Assembly (NCBI RefSeq): GCF_039654945.1
Contig: NW_027361804.1
Coordinates: 3,720,001 to 3,784,000 of the forward strand
Direction of reading: 5' to 3'
Origin: Dendrobates tinctorius
Taxonomy: Eukaryota
DNA: 64,000 bases
Shown one piece after another: positions 24,001 through 36,995 of the stretch. The notes beneath the pieces are model-generated. The model searched no databases. It worked only from the letters and a program-made list of their open reading frames with translations, and had not been told where the DNA came from. The position numbers and the translations under genes were made by a program. Each line of letters opens with the position of its first letter. The first letter of the stretch is position 1.

Positions 24001-27000
24001 GCGTGCCCATAATATGGACGCAGGAGGCGTGAGCGTGCCAGTACTATAGTTGCGCAGGAGATGTAAGCGTGCCCGTAATATGGACGCAGGAGGCGTGAGC
24101 GTGGCGGTACTATGGACGCGCAGGAGACGTGAGCGTGCCCATAATATGGACGCTGGAGGCGTGAGCGTGCCGGTACTATGGACGCGCAGGAGGCGTGAGC
24201 GTGCCCGTACTATGGACGTGCAGGAGGCGTGAGCGTGCCCGTACTATGGACGTGCAGGAGGCGTGAGCGTGCCCGTACTATGGACGTGCAGGAGGCGTGA
24301 GCGTGCCCGTACTATGGACGTGCAGGAGGCGTGAGCTTGCCCGTACTATGGACGCGCACGAGGCGTGAGCGTGCCCGTACTATGGACGCGAAGGAGGCGT
24401 GAGCGTGCCCGTACTATGGACGCGCAGGACGCGTGAGCGTGCCTGTACTATGGACGCGCAGGAGGCGTGAGCGTACCCGTAATATGGACGCAGGAGGCGT
24501 GAGCGGTGCCAGTACTATGGACGCGCAGGAGGCGTGAGCGTGCCGGTACTATGGACGCGCAGGAGGCGTGAGCGTGCCGGTACTATGGACGAGCAGGAGG
24601 CGTGAGCGTGCCGGTACTATGGACACGCAGGAGACGTGACCGTGCCGGTACTATGGACGCCGGAGGCGTGAGCATGGCGGTACTGTGGACACGCAGGAGA
24701 CGTGAGCGTGCCCGTAATATGGACGCAGGAGGCGTGAGCGTGCCAGTACTATAGACGCGCAGGAGAGGTAAGCGTGCCCGTAATATGGACGCAGGAGGCG
24801 TGAGCGTGGTGGTACTATGGACGCGCAGGAGACGTGAGCGTGCCCATAATATGGACGCAGAAGGCGTGAGCGTGCCGGTACTATGGACACGCAGGAGACG
24901 TGAGCGTGCCCATAATATGGACGCAGAAGGCGTGAGCGTGCCGGTACTATGGACGCGCAGGAGACGTGAGCGTACCCGTAATATGGACGCAGGAGGTGTG
25001 AGCGTGCTGTACTATGGACGCGCAGGAGACGTGAGCGTGCCCGTAATATGGACGCAGAAGGCGTGAGCGTGCCGGTACTATGGACGCGCAGGAGACGTGA
25101 GCGTACCCGTAATATGGACGCAGAAGGCGTGAGCGTGCCTGTACTATGGACGCGCAGGAGACGTGAGCGTGCCCGTAATATGGACGCAGGAGGTGTGAGC
25201 GTGCCGGTACAATGGACGAGCAGGAGGTGTGAGCGTATCGGTACTATGGACGCGCAGGAGACGCGAGCGTGCCGGTACTATGGACGCAGGAGGTGTGAGC
25301 GTGTCGGTTCTATGGACGCAGGAGGTGTGAGCGTGCCAGTAATATGGACGCGCATGAGATGTGAGCGTGCCAGTACTACGGACGCAGGAGGTATGAGCAT
25401 GCCGGTAATATGGATGCGCAGGAGGTGTAAGCGTGCCCGTAATATGGACGCAGGAGGCGTGAGCGTGCCAGTACTATAGTTGCGCAGGAGATGTAAGCGT
25501 GCCCGTAATATGGACGCAGGAGGCGTGAGCGTGGCGGTACTATGGACGCGCAGGAGACGTGAGCGTGCCCATAATATGGACGCAGGAGGCGTGAGCGTGC
25601 CGGTACTATGGAAGCGAAGGAGACGTGAGCGTGCCTGTACTATGGACGCGCAGGAGACGTGAGCGTGTCCGTAATATGGACGCAGGAGGTGTGAGCGTGC
25701 CGGTACAATGGACGAGCAGGAGGTGTGAGCGTAACGGTACTATGGACGCGCAGGAGACGCGAGCGTGCCGGTACTATGGACGCAGGAGGTGTGAGCGTGT
25801 CGGTTCTATGGACGCAGGAGGTGTGAGCGTGCCAGTAATATGGACGCGCATGAGATGTGAGCGTGCCAGTACTACGGACGCAGGAGGTATGAGCATGCCG
25901 GTAATATGGATGCGCAGGAGGTGTGAGCGTGCCGGTAATATGGACGCGCAGGAGTTGTGAGCGTGACAGTACTATTGACGCGCAGGAGGCGTGACCGAGC
26001 AGGTACTATGGACGTGCAGGAGGCGTGAGCGTGCAGGTGCTATGGACGTGCAGGAGGTGCGAGCGTGACGGTAATATGGATGCGCAGGAAGTGCGAGCGT
26101 GACGGTACTATGGACGCGCAGAAGGTGTGAGCGTGCCGGTACTATGGACGCGCAGAAGGTGTGAGCGTGCCGGTACTATGGACGCGCAGAAGGTGTGAGC
26201 GTGCCGGTACTATGGACGTGCAGAAGGTGTGAGCGTGCCGGTACTATGGACGCAGGAGGCGTGAGCGTGCCGGTACTATGGACGCAGGAGGCGTGAGCGT
26301 GCCGGTACTATGGACGCGCAGGAGGCGTGAGCGTGCCCGTACTATGGACGCGCAGGAGGCGTGAGCGTGCCCGTACTATGGACGCGCAGGAGGCGTGAGC
26401 GTGCCCGTACTATGGAGGCGCAGGAGGTGTGAGCGTGCCCGTACTATGGACGCGCAGGAGGCGTGAGCGTGCCCGTACTATGGACGCGCAGGAGGCGTGA
26501 GCGTGCCCGTACTATGGACGCGCAGGAGGCGTGAGCGTACCCGTAATATGGACGCAGGAGGCGTGAGCGGTGCCAGTACTATGGACGCGCAGGAGGCGTG
26601 AGCGTGCCGGTACTATGGACGCGCAGGAGGCGTGAGCGTGCCGGTACTATGGACGAGCAGGAGGCGTGAGCGTGCCGGTACTATGGACGCGCAGGAGACG
26701 TGACCGTGCCGGTACTATGGACGCCGGAGGCGTGAGCATGGCGGTACTGTGGACACGCAGGAGACGTGAGCGTGACCGTAATATGGACGCAGGAGGCGTG
26801 AGCGTGCCAGTACTATAGACGCGCAGGAGATGTAAGCGTGCCCGTAATATGGACGCAGGAGGCGTGAGCGTGGCGGTACTATGGACGCGCAGGAGACGTG
26901 AGCGTGCCCATAATATGGACGCAGAAGGCGTGAGCGTGCCGGTACTATGGACGCGCAGGAGACGTGAGCGTACCCGTAATATGGACGCAGGAGGTGTGAG

Positions 27001-29215
27001 CGTGCCTGTACTATGGACGCGCAGGAGACGTGAGCGTGCCTGTACTATAGACGCGCAGGAGACGTGAGCGTGCCCGTAATATGGACGCAGAAGGCGTGAG
27101 CGTGCCTGTACTATGGACGCGCAGGAGACGTGAGCGTGCCCGTAATATGGACGCAGGAGGTGTGAGCGTGCCGGTACAATGGACGAGCAGGAGGTGTGAG
27201 CGTATCGGTACTATGGACGCGCAGGAGACGCGAGCGTGCCGGTACTATGGACGCAGGAGGTGTGAGCGTGTCGGTTCTATGGACGCAGGAGGTGTGAGCG
27301 TGCCAGTAATATGGACGCACATGAGATGTGAGCGTGCCAGTACTACGGACGCAGGAGGTATGAGCATGCCGGTATGGACGCGCAGGAGGTGTGAGCGTGA
27401 CAGTACTATTGACGCGCAGGAGGCGTGACCGAGCAGGTACTATGGACGTGCAGGAGGCGTGAGCGTGCAGGTACTATGGACGCGCAGGAGGTGCGAGCGT
27501 GACGGTAATATGGATGCGCAGGAAGTGCGAGCGTGACGGTACTATGGACGCGCAGAAGGTGTGAGCGTGCCGGTACTATGGACGTGCAGAAGGTGTGAGC
27601 GTGCCGGTACTATGGACGCGCAGAAGGTGTGAGCGTGCCGGTACTATGGACGTGCAGAAGGTTTGAGCGTGCCGGTACTATGGACGCAGGAGGTGTGAGC
27701 GTGCCGGTACTATGGACGCAGGAGGTGTGAGCGTGCCGGTACTATGGACGCAGGAGGTGTGAGCGTGCCGGTACTATGGACGCGCAGGAGGCGTGAGCGT
27801 GCCCGTACTATGGACGCGCAGGAGGCGTGAGCGTGCCCGTAATATGGACGCAGAAGGCGTAAGCGTGCCGGTACTATGGACGCGCAGGAGACGTGAGCGT
27901 ACCCGTAATATGGACGCAGGAGGTGTGAGCGTGCCTGTACTATGGACGCGCAGGAGACGTGAGCGTGCCCGTAATATGGACGCAGGAGGTGTGAGCGTGC
28001 CCGTACTATGGACGCGCAGGAGACGTGAGCGTGCCGGTAATATGGACGCGCAGGAGGTGTGAGCGTGACAGTACTATTGACGCACAGGAGGCGTGACCGT
28101 GCAGGTACTATGGACGCACAGGAGGCGTGACCGTGCAGGTACTATGGACGCACAGGAGGCGTGACCGTGCAGGTACTATGGACGCAGGAGGTGTGAGCGT
28201 GCCGGTACTATGGACGCAGGAGGTGTGAGCGTGCCGGTACTATGGACGCAGGAGGTGTGAGCGTGCCGGTACTATGGACGCAGGAGGTGTGAGCGTGCCG
28301 GTACTATGGACGCAGGAGGTGTGAGCGTGCCAATACTATGGATGCAGGAGGTGTGAGCGTGCCGGTACTATGGACGCAGGAGGTGTGAGCGTGCCGGTAC
28401 TATGGACGCAGGAGGTGTGAGCTTGCCGGTACTATGGACGCAGGAGGTGTGAGCTTGCCGGTACTATGGACGCAGGAGGTGTGAGCGTGCCGGTACTATG
28501 GACGCAGGAGGTGTGAGCGTGCCGGTACTATGGACGCAGGAGGTGTGAGCGTGCCGGTACTATGGACGCAGGAGGCGTGAGCTTGCCGGTACTATGGACG
28601 CAGGAGGCGTGAGCGTACCCGTAATATGGACGCAGGAGGCGTGAGCGTGCCGGTACTATGGACGCAGGAGGTGTGAGCGTGCCCGTACTATGGACGCAGG
28701 AGGTGTGAGCGTGCCGGTACCATGGACGCAGGAGGTGTGAGCGTGCCGGTACTATGGACGCAGGAGGTGTGAGCGTGCCGGTACTATGGACGCAGGAGGT
28801 GTGAGCGTGCCGGTACTATGGACGCAGGAGGTGTGAGCTTGCCGGTACTATGGACGCAGGAGGTGTGAGCTTGCCGGTACTATGGACGCAGGAGGTGTGA
28901 GCTTGCCGGTACTATGGACGCAGGAGGTGTGAGCTTGCCGGTACTATGGACGCAGGAGGTGTGAGCTTGCCGGTACTATGGACGCAGGAGGTGTGAGCGT
29001 GCCGGTACTATGGACGCAGGAGGTGTGAGCGTGCCAGTAATACGGACGTGCAGGAGCTGTGCCAGTAATATGGATGCGCAGGAAATGTGAGCGTGCCAGT
29101 AATATGGACGCACAGGAGGTGAGTGTGCCAGTACTATGGACCTGCAGCAAGCATGAGTGTGCACTTATTATGGATGTGCAGGAGGTGTGAGCGTGTCAGT
29201 AATCTGAGCGTGCGG
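18085..29215. repeat. 32/34-bp CpG-rich minisatellite, about 11.1 kb, with higher-order blocks, in CREBL2 intron 1
   Basis: Unit ggacgcgcaggaggcgtgagcgtgccggtactat; near-identical variant blocks recur at 18769, 20313, 21533 and 25625. Confidence 0.97.
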
Positions 29216-29276
29216 GAGCTAGGAGCATGCAGGATTTCTCACATCCAGTATTTCTGTTCCATCCCTCACTTTACAG

Positions 29277-29474
29277 GTCTGTGGCGGAAAGGTGAAGAAG
29301 CCAGGAAAGAGAGGGAGGAAACCGGCCAAGATTGATCTGAAGGCCAAGCTAGAGCGGAGCAGGCAGAGCGCACGGGAGTGTCGAGCCCGGAAGAAACAGC
29401 GCTACCAGTACCTGGAGGAATTGGTGTCCAGCCGGGAGCGGGCCATCTGTGCTCTGCGGGAGGAGCTGGAGATG
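29277..29474 (+). CDS. CREBL2: CREBL2 coding exon 2 (bZIP basic region and zipper)
   Basis: ttacag|GTC... translates as VCGGKVKKPGKRGRKPAKIDLKAKLERSRQSARECRARKKQRYQYLEELVSSRERAICALREELEM|gtaact; 198 nt. Confidence 0.97.
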
Positions 29475-29869
29475 GTAACTGCCCCCGTCCTCCTTTGGGT
29501 TACCAGTATGTGAGCGAATCTCCCCAGACTCCAGCCAGATCAATCTCACTGAGCCATCATCGCCCCCAGGGGAACTAATAATGGAAGGAATATGAATACT
29601 TCCTGACCTCTCCAATACTTCTGTACACCCGCACCCCAGTCTATATACCACATCATGTATCCTATGTGTGTGGGAGGACAAAGATGGCCGCTATCAGGTG
29701 GACCCCTGACCGAAAGTTTCAATCCCCCCCCCTTTCAAATTTAAGAAAAAAAAAGTTTGGGGTCAGCGCGTCCGAAAAAGTCCACTTTCAGAATCTAGAG
29801 CAACTTGACCCTTATGGTTGTATAATGTCGCCCCATTATAATGTGTCCCCCCTGTTCTGCTCCCTCCAG

Positions 29870-30010
29870 TACAAGCAGTGGTGTAAAGCCATGGATCAAG
29901 GGAAAATCCCTTCCGAAATCCGGGCTCTTCTCTCCGGGGAGGAACTGAACAGATCTCCGAACTCCAGCAAACAGCAAAGATCTATAAAGGCCGAACCCAC
30001 CGAGAAATGA
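29870..30010 (+). CDS. CREBL2: CREBL2 coding exon 3, to the stop codon
   Basis: ctccag|TAC... translates as YKQWCKAMDQGKIPSEIRALLSGEELNRSPNSSKQQRSIKAEPTEK*. Confidence 0.95.
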   Translation, partial: YKQWCKAMDQGKIPSEIRALLSGEELNRSPNSSKQQRSIKAEPTEK

Positions 30011-30902
30011 GCGTGTAAGTAGCTGCCTATCTGACCTAGTGTCATCCCCATTCCCCCCCAAAAAAACAGTACTTTAACCCTTATTTCACCATCTCTACGT
30101 TTGGACTGTCTCTCACCTGGTGGTCCGGGGGTCTGAGGACATGCCAAAAATATCTGGTCCATATGCTCCATTAGGGGATCTCCAGAAGATGCCTCCAAAA
30201 CCAGATTGCTGGGAGGTTTAGTGTAACTTATTTTCAGCTTTCCTTCCTCTTCTTCCAAGATCTTTTCTATTTTCCCAGTTGTGAAAGACACCGTTCATTT
30301 TTACCATATAATAGACTGAAAAAAAAAAAAAACAGAATAAAAAAAATCCAAGCGGGACGACATGTTGTGGAGGGGAATAAACACAGTTCCAACATTGTTT
30401 TTGGGGGTTTTGTTTTTACCGCATCCATTGTTGGTCACGTGACTCTCCCGGTTAGATCGATCGTGGCGATCCCAACATGAGGTTTTGATTTATGTTTTAG
30501 TAATTTAAAAAAAAGTGATTTTTTTTTTTTTTGTTTAAAATAAAAAAAAAACAAAAAACTGCACATTGAGATATAGTTTTTATACCATTTTGGGGTAATG
30601 ATCATGTTTAGATTTATTTTATTGAATTTTTTTATGTAAATGAGGCAAAATCTGGAGTTCTGTTATTCTTTGCAGCATTTTACATTTTTTGATAGATCGG
30701 ACAACAAATTTAATTTTTTTTTAACATTTTAAAAGAAAAAAAAATGGGTTGATTTTAAAACTGTAATTTTTGCAATTTTTTTAGTCCCCACTTGAACCTG
30801 CAGTGGGCGCCACGTGGCAGATCGGTCCTAAAATATGTCTGCAACTGGGAAATGAAATAATTGTGACCATTAATTTGCTCTTTTTTTTTTTTTCCTTTAA
30901 AG

Positions 30903-31860
30903 GAGCCGCTCACTGTTTTATTTTGTTGAAGACGTCTGTGCACAGACGGCTACGTGGAAGAATGAGGGTCTGGCAGCTAAGATTTCCCACCCACTTCCCC
31001 AGAGCCGAGCCCTCCCCGATCATAACATCAGACAGAAATGGAAGTCACGTCGGCTCCGCCGTCCTCCTCTTGTGTTTGTGACCGCTCGTCACCGCCCCGT
31101 CCGCAGCCGGCAGGAGACAGAGGACGCTCCCTCATAGGTTCTAAGGGTTAAATACTCGGTGTTCCGCTTCCAATGCCGCAGTTTCCTCACTGTTCTGTGC
31201 CAGCGCACTACACGCTCCAGAATGCCGCACGGTGCAAGTCACTTTATGGAGGAGTCCCGGGGGTGATGGAAATGTGCATTAAATGGGTTCGTCTGCTGCT
31301 CCCAGCATCCGTTTCGCTTGATGTTGTCAGTCCAGCTGCCTGTAGCTTTCCAGCTCTGCTACATCGCAGTCATGCACATACATAGTGCCTTGTAAGGCGG
31401 GTGGTTACCGACTCATCTGCCCCATCCAGAAAACGAACAGCATGGCCCAAATTTTTTATGAAAAATAATTTGATCACTACGCACACCGCAACATTAACGC
31501 TTTCTGTCTTAAAGGGTAACTCCACCTTAAATAGATCCCCTTACCTTATACGTTATTTTCAGTTTAGCGGGGCATAGAGTAGAAGAGTTTTGTTCTCGAC
31601 AACCCGCCTCTAAGAATTGATGAGTGGTTGTCGTCGCAGCTTGCAGTGATTAGCATCATGTAATGCAATGAAGAAGTTAAAGGGAAACTCCAGAAGAGTT
31701 CATATTGTAAGGGGGGGGAGGGGTGTCTGTCTGGTCTTCATAGCACAGAACTGAATGTGACGTTTAATTAAAGGGACAGTACAATGGAATTTTTGTACAG
31801 GAAAAAGTGCAATAAACTGATAAACTCTAAAAGGTGACGTGTGCTTTTATTAAATAATCA
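30903..31860 (+). other. CREBL2: Predicted terminal 3'UTR exon of CREBL2
   Basis: Donor GTAAGT at 30015; strong polypyrimidine acceptor ending AG at 30901-30902; AATAAA at 31811 and ATTAAA at 31849. Confidence 0.55.
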
Positions 31861-32079
31861 CAACCCTCAAGAACTGGAACAAAAGGGTCTTAGTGACTTA
31901 GAAAAGAAGAACCTGGTCTCCGGTTCTAGACAGGCCAGGACCAGGATCACAGAAACTGCCAACCTTGTGGCGTTTTCTGATGCCGCTGTGTAGAGCGTAT
32001 ACTAAGCATGGTGCAATCGAAGAAAAATAAAAAGGCCAATTAAAAGGGAACCAATAGACAAACAATTACTATAGTAAAA

Positions 32080-34110
32080 GAATCAGCGGAAGATAAGAAA
32101 AAATCATTTTGATGAAAGGGATCAAAGGAGGATGCAAATACTTGTTCCAATGAATTAGGCAGAGGAGGATGTGAGGCATCATTCTGATAAAAAGGATAAG
32201 AGGACGAAAAGGATAGTTCTATTGAAAGGAGCAGAGGATGTTGTGAAGAATAGTTATGAAAAAAGGGTCAGAGGAGGATGTGAAGCATCGTTCTGCTGAA
32301 AGGAGCCGAGGAGGATGTGAAGCGTCATTCTGCTGAAAGGAGCCGAGGAGGATGTGAAGCGTCGTTCTGCTGAAAGGAGCCGAGGAGGATGTGAAGCATC
32401 GTTCTGCTGAAAGGAGCCGAGGAGGATGTGAAGCATCGTTCTGCTGAAAGGAGCCGAGGAGGATGTGAAGCATCGTTCTGCTGAAAGGAGCCGAGGAGGA
32501 TGTGAAGCATCGTTCTGCTGAAAGGAGCCGAGGAGGATGTGAAGCATCGTTCTGCTGAAAGGAGCCGAGGAGGATGTGAAGCATTGTTCTGCTGAAAGGA
32601 GCCGAGGAGGATGTGAAGCATCGTTCTGCTGAAAGGAGCCAAGGAGGATGTGAAGCATCGTTCTGCTGAAAAGAGCCGAGGAGGATGTGAAGCATCGTTC
32701 TGCTGAAAGGAGCCGAGGAGGATGTGAAGCATCGTTCTGCTGAAAGGAGCCGAGGAGGATGTGAAGCATCGTTCTGCTGAAAAGAGCCGAGGAGGATGTG
32801 AAGCATCGTTCTGCTGAAAGGAGCCGAGGAGGATGTGAAGCATCGTTCTGCTGAAAGGAGCCGAGGAGGATGTGAAGCATCGTTCTGATGAAGGGATCAA
32901 AGGAGAATGAAATTATCAGAGGAATGTAACGCATCATTCTGAGGAAGGAATCAGAGCAGAATGTGAAGCATCGTTCTGATGACGGGATCAGAAGAGAATG
33001 TCACGCATCTTTTGATAAAAGGGTCAGAGGAAGTGAAGGATTCTAGTGAAAACAGCAGAGGATGTGAAGGCTCATTCTATTCTATCAGAAGCAACAGATT
33101 ATGATGTGAAGAATCATTCTGATGAAGGAATCAGAGGACGTTAGGCATCAAACTGATGTAAATTATGGATGTCAAACTCAAATACACAGTGGGCCAAAAT
33201 GAAAAAACTTAAATTCGAAGGTCAACCTTGCTATTTATTGAAAAAAAATTCTATGATGGTAAAGTATTATTCTGATGAAAGGAGCCGAGGAGGATGTGAG
33301 GCATCGTTCTGCTGAAAGGAGCCGAGGAGGATGTGAGGCATCGTTCTGATGAAAGGAGCCGAGGAGGATGTGAGGCATGGTTCTGCTGGAAGGAGCCGAG
33401 GAGGATGTGAAGCATCATTCTGCTGAAAGGAGCCGAGGAGGATGTGAAGCATCGTTCTGCTGAAAGGAGCCGAGGAGGATGTGAGGCATGGTTCTGCTGA
33501 AAGGAGCCGAGGAGGATGTGAAGCATCGTTCTGCTGAAAGGAGCCGAGGAGGATGTGAGGCATGGTTCTGCTGAAAGGAGCCGAGGAGGATGTGAAGCAT
33601 CGTTCTGCTGAAAGGAGCCGAGGAGGATGTGAAGCATGGTTCTGCTGAAACAATCGGAAGCATCGTTCTGCTGAGATGATCTAAGTAAGAGGGGAAGAAT
33701 CTTTGTGATGAAAGGAGCAGAGAAAGATGTGCATCATAGTTCTGATGAAAGGGTCAGAGGAAGATGTCAAGCATCGTTCTGATGATAGAAGCAAGGGAAG
33801 AAGTGAATAATGGGCCTAAAAGGAGCAGATGAGGATATGAAGAATAAATCTGAAGAAAAGACAAGAGGATTTAAAGCATCATTCTGAAGAAATGATAAGA
33901 GGATGTGAAGCTTCGTTCAGATGAATGAAGCAGAGGATTATTTGAAGAATCCTTCTGATAAAAAGAGCAGCAGAAGTTGTGAATTATCCTTTATAAATAT
34001 ACGATCAGAGAAGGAAGTCAACAATCGTTCTGATGAAGGGTGCAGAGAAGAATATGCAGCATTGTTCTGATGTAAGGATCAGAGGAGGATTTAAAGAATC
34101 ATTCCAATGG
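32080..34110. repeat. 37-bp purine-rich minisatellite: two homogeneous blocks inside a degenerate older array
   Basis: Unit gaggaggatgtgaagcatcgttctgctgaaaggagcc; homogeneous at about 32270-32890 and 33270-33650. Confidence 0.9.
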
Positions 34111-34244
34111 AAAGTGTGGTACAACTAAGAAAACTAGCCAAATACAACGGTAGTGTCTATGAACACACAAATCATCCTTTGTACATATAAGTTTTTCAGC
34201 TGAGGTGAAATTGCGAAGTCACAAGTCAGAGTGAACAGCATGGA

Positions 34245-34865
34245 TGTCACAGCGCCGCCCTACTCACTGCAGTCATTGCACTGCTTCTCTTCGAGTCAGG
34301 CCGTCTCGCAGAGCTCGCCTCTTGCAGTACTTCTCAGCACTGTAGCATCTCTTGCTGTTTCCACCGGTGTAACGGGGTGCGGCCAGTTTCTGCAGGAATT
34401 TTACTCTGCCGTGCACTGCAGAGATTAGATTTCCTGGCCTATCACTTGTGAGGAGGCCATATTTGAGGAAGCTTCTTCTACCACTCCTTGCCTGAACTTG
34501 GTTCCTGGTTCAGTAATATGATAATGTCCTGCACTTGTTTGTATTGTTATTCCAGTTAACGACCCGGCTAGTTTACATGTCCTGTCTGACCTCTCTGCTA
34601 CTGACCTCCGCTACGTGTATCGAACCTGTGCTGACCTCGGATTTTCTGACCACGTTTTTGCCTTCATCCTCCTATACCTCTTACCTGTGTCTGATCCTCC
34701 GGTCAGCTGCTGCTGTGGCGAGGACTGCTCTGGAGTGGTACCTGATGTTTAACGGCGGTCAAGCTTATCCTCACCATCAGAGGCTCTAGTGAATACCTGG
34801 TAGTCATGCCCCTCTAGAATTAGCCCAGCCCAAGGCATAGTGGGTCCACATCCACCAGCGTTACA
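34245..34865. mobile_element. Solo LTR, 621 bp
   Basis: TGTCAC...GTTACA termini with 5-bp TSD ATGGA (34240-34244 and 34866-34870). Confidence 0.8.
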
Positions 34866-35076
34866 ATGGACATTCATGCTGGACGGCGCATTGAACAGCT
34901 GGGGGCAGAAGATACAGATAACCTGGCGAAACTTAGAGGGTATGATTTTAGCAAACCAGGGGATTTAAGACATATGTGAAAAGCATAGTCCAATGTGCGG
35001 ACAGCACCTCTGAAATATAGGGACGAGTATACTAACTGGTACCTCGATGCAAAGTCGAGTGTGTGTGTCACTGCTA

Positions 35077-36277
35077 TCATCAGTATCCGGTGATCACCCG
35101 TCCCCTCCATCATCAGTATCTGGTGACCACCCATCACCTCCATCAGTATCTGGTGACCGCCCCTCGCCTCCATCATCAGTATCTGGTGACCGCCCGTTGC
35201 GTCCTTCATCAGTAACTGTGACCGCCTGTCACCTCCATCATCAGTATCTGGTGACCGCCCATCATCTCCATCAGTATCTGGTGACCGCCCGTCAACTCCA
35301 TCATCAGTATCTGGTGACCGCCCATCCCCTCCATCATCAGTATCTGGTGACCGCCCGTCGCCTCCATCATCAGTATCTGGTGACCGCCCGTCGCCTCCAT
35401 CATCAGTATCTGGTGACCGCCCGTCCCCTCCATCATCAGTATCTGGTGACCGCCAGTCCCCTCCATCATCAGTATCTGGTGACCGCCCCTCGCCTCCATC
35501 ATCAGTACCTGGTGACCGCCCGTCACCTCCATCATCAGTACCTGGTGACCGCCCGTTGTCTCCATTATCAGTATCTGGTGACCGCCCGTCGCTTCCATCA
35601 TCAGTATCTGGTGACCGCCTGTCAACTCCATCATCAGTATCTGGTGCCCACCTGTCGCCTCCATCATCAGTATCTGGTGCCCACCTGTCGCCTCCATCAT
35701 CAGTATCTGGTGCCCACCTGTAGCCTCCATCATCAGTATCTGGTGCCGACCTGTCGCCTCCATCATCAGAATCTGGTGACCTCCCATCTCCTCCTGCATC
35801 AGTATCTGATGCCCACCTGTCGCCTCCAATTTCAGAATCTGGTGACCGCCTGTCACCTCCTTCATCAGTATCTGGTGCCCACCTGTCGCCTCCATCATCA
35901 GTATCGGGTGCCGACCTGTCGCCTCCATCATCAGAATCTGGTGACCTCCCATCTCCTCCTGCATCAGTATCTGATGCCCACCTGTCGCCTCCAATTTCAG
36001 AATCTGGTGACCGCCTGTCACCTCCTTCATCAGTATCTGGTGCCCACCTGTCGCCTCCATCATCAGTATCGGGTGCCGACCTGTCGCCTCCATCATCAGA
36101 ATCTGGTGACCTCCCATCTCCTCCTGCATCAGTATCTGATGCCCACCTGTCGCCTCCAATTTCAGAATCTGGTGACCGCCTGTCACCTCCTTCATCAGTA
36201 TCTGGTGCCCACCTGTCGCCTCCATCATCAGTATCGGGTGCCCACCTGTCGACTCCATCAGAATCTGGTGACCGCCC
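35077..36277. repeat. 33-bp minisatellite with a 165-bp higher-order repeat in the right half
   Basis: Unit catcatcagtatctggtgaccgcccgtcgcctc; a 5-unit block repeats about 3 times from about 35730. Confidence 0.92.
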
Positions 36278-36299
36278 TTTGCCTCTATCACTTATTTGT

Positions 36300-36980
36300 C
36301 ACTTGTACACAGGTTATGAAGGATCTCAGCTGGAGATTGTGCTAAACATCTTGGAGAACTGCCCCCAGATCTTCTGTGTATGAGGCTTGTGTGGATCCTT
36401 CCATCACTTCAAATTCCAGACAGACTATATGATGTGAGATCAGGGCTCTGAAATGCAGCCCCAAACTTGCCATACTCCACACCATGCGTCACTGTTCAAG
36501 CAGACCCTCATTGTTGTGCCACCCTCCAGTCCTTCAGGAACAAACTGTTACAGCCATATATTTCACACTGACTCCTCAGTCCAGAGCTGCTGCCTTTTTT
36601 CTGCACCCCAGCTCCTTTGCCTTTGAGCATAGTTAACTCACTTGATCTTGTTTCTAAATCTCAGGTCTCATTTTTGGACACAATTCTTCCATGAAGACAA
36701 TTTATCGCCATGCTTGAAGCAGTAGAAGTGTGTAGCTGGGTTCCTCTGCTTGCTGACAGTTTTGAGCTGATGGCACTGCTGGACTTCTGCCAAAGTCGAA
36801 CAAGAGAAAGCATGATGTGTCTTATCTGCTGCACCAAGTTTTCTTGGCCGACCACTGTGTCTACGGTCCTCAACTTTTACATTTCTTGATGCATCTTCCG
36901 AAGAGCTTGTGGAGAACATCTGCAAAACCCAATCTGCTGTAATATCTTTGCTTGGTAAATACCTTTTTGATGCAATATAA
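36300..36980 (-). mobile_element. Degraded, internally deleted Tc1-like transposon remnant
   Basis: Minus-strand translation gives VEDRRHSGRPRKL, and CAGAGCCCTGATCTC (QSPDL) occurs near 36450. Confidence 0.6.
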
Positions 36981-36995
36981 CTACCTTGTATGTTC

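Noticed and set aside
18624-29335. Many Arg-rich ORFs in CREBL2 intron 1 and in other arrays (3943-4912, 6251-9912, 32219-33663)
   Set aside because: These are translations of tandem repeats.
35047-36345. 432-aa His-rich ORF and 360-aa antisense ORF
   Set aside because: Both come from a 33-bp (multiple of 3) minisatellite without stops; no domain, splice or homology support.
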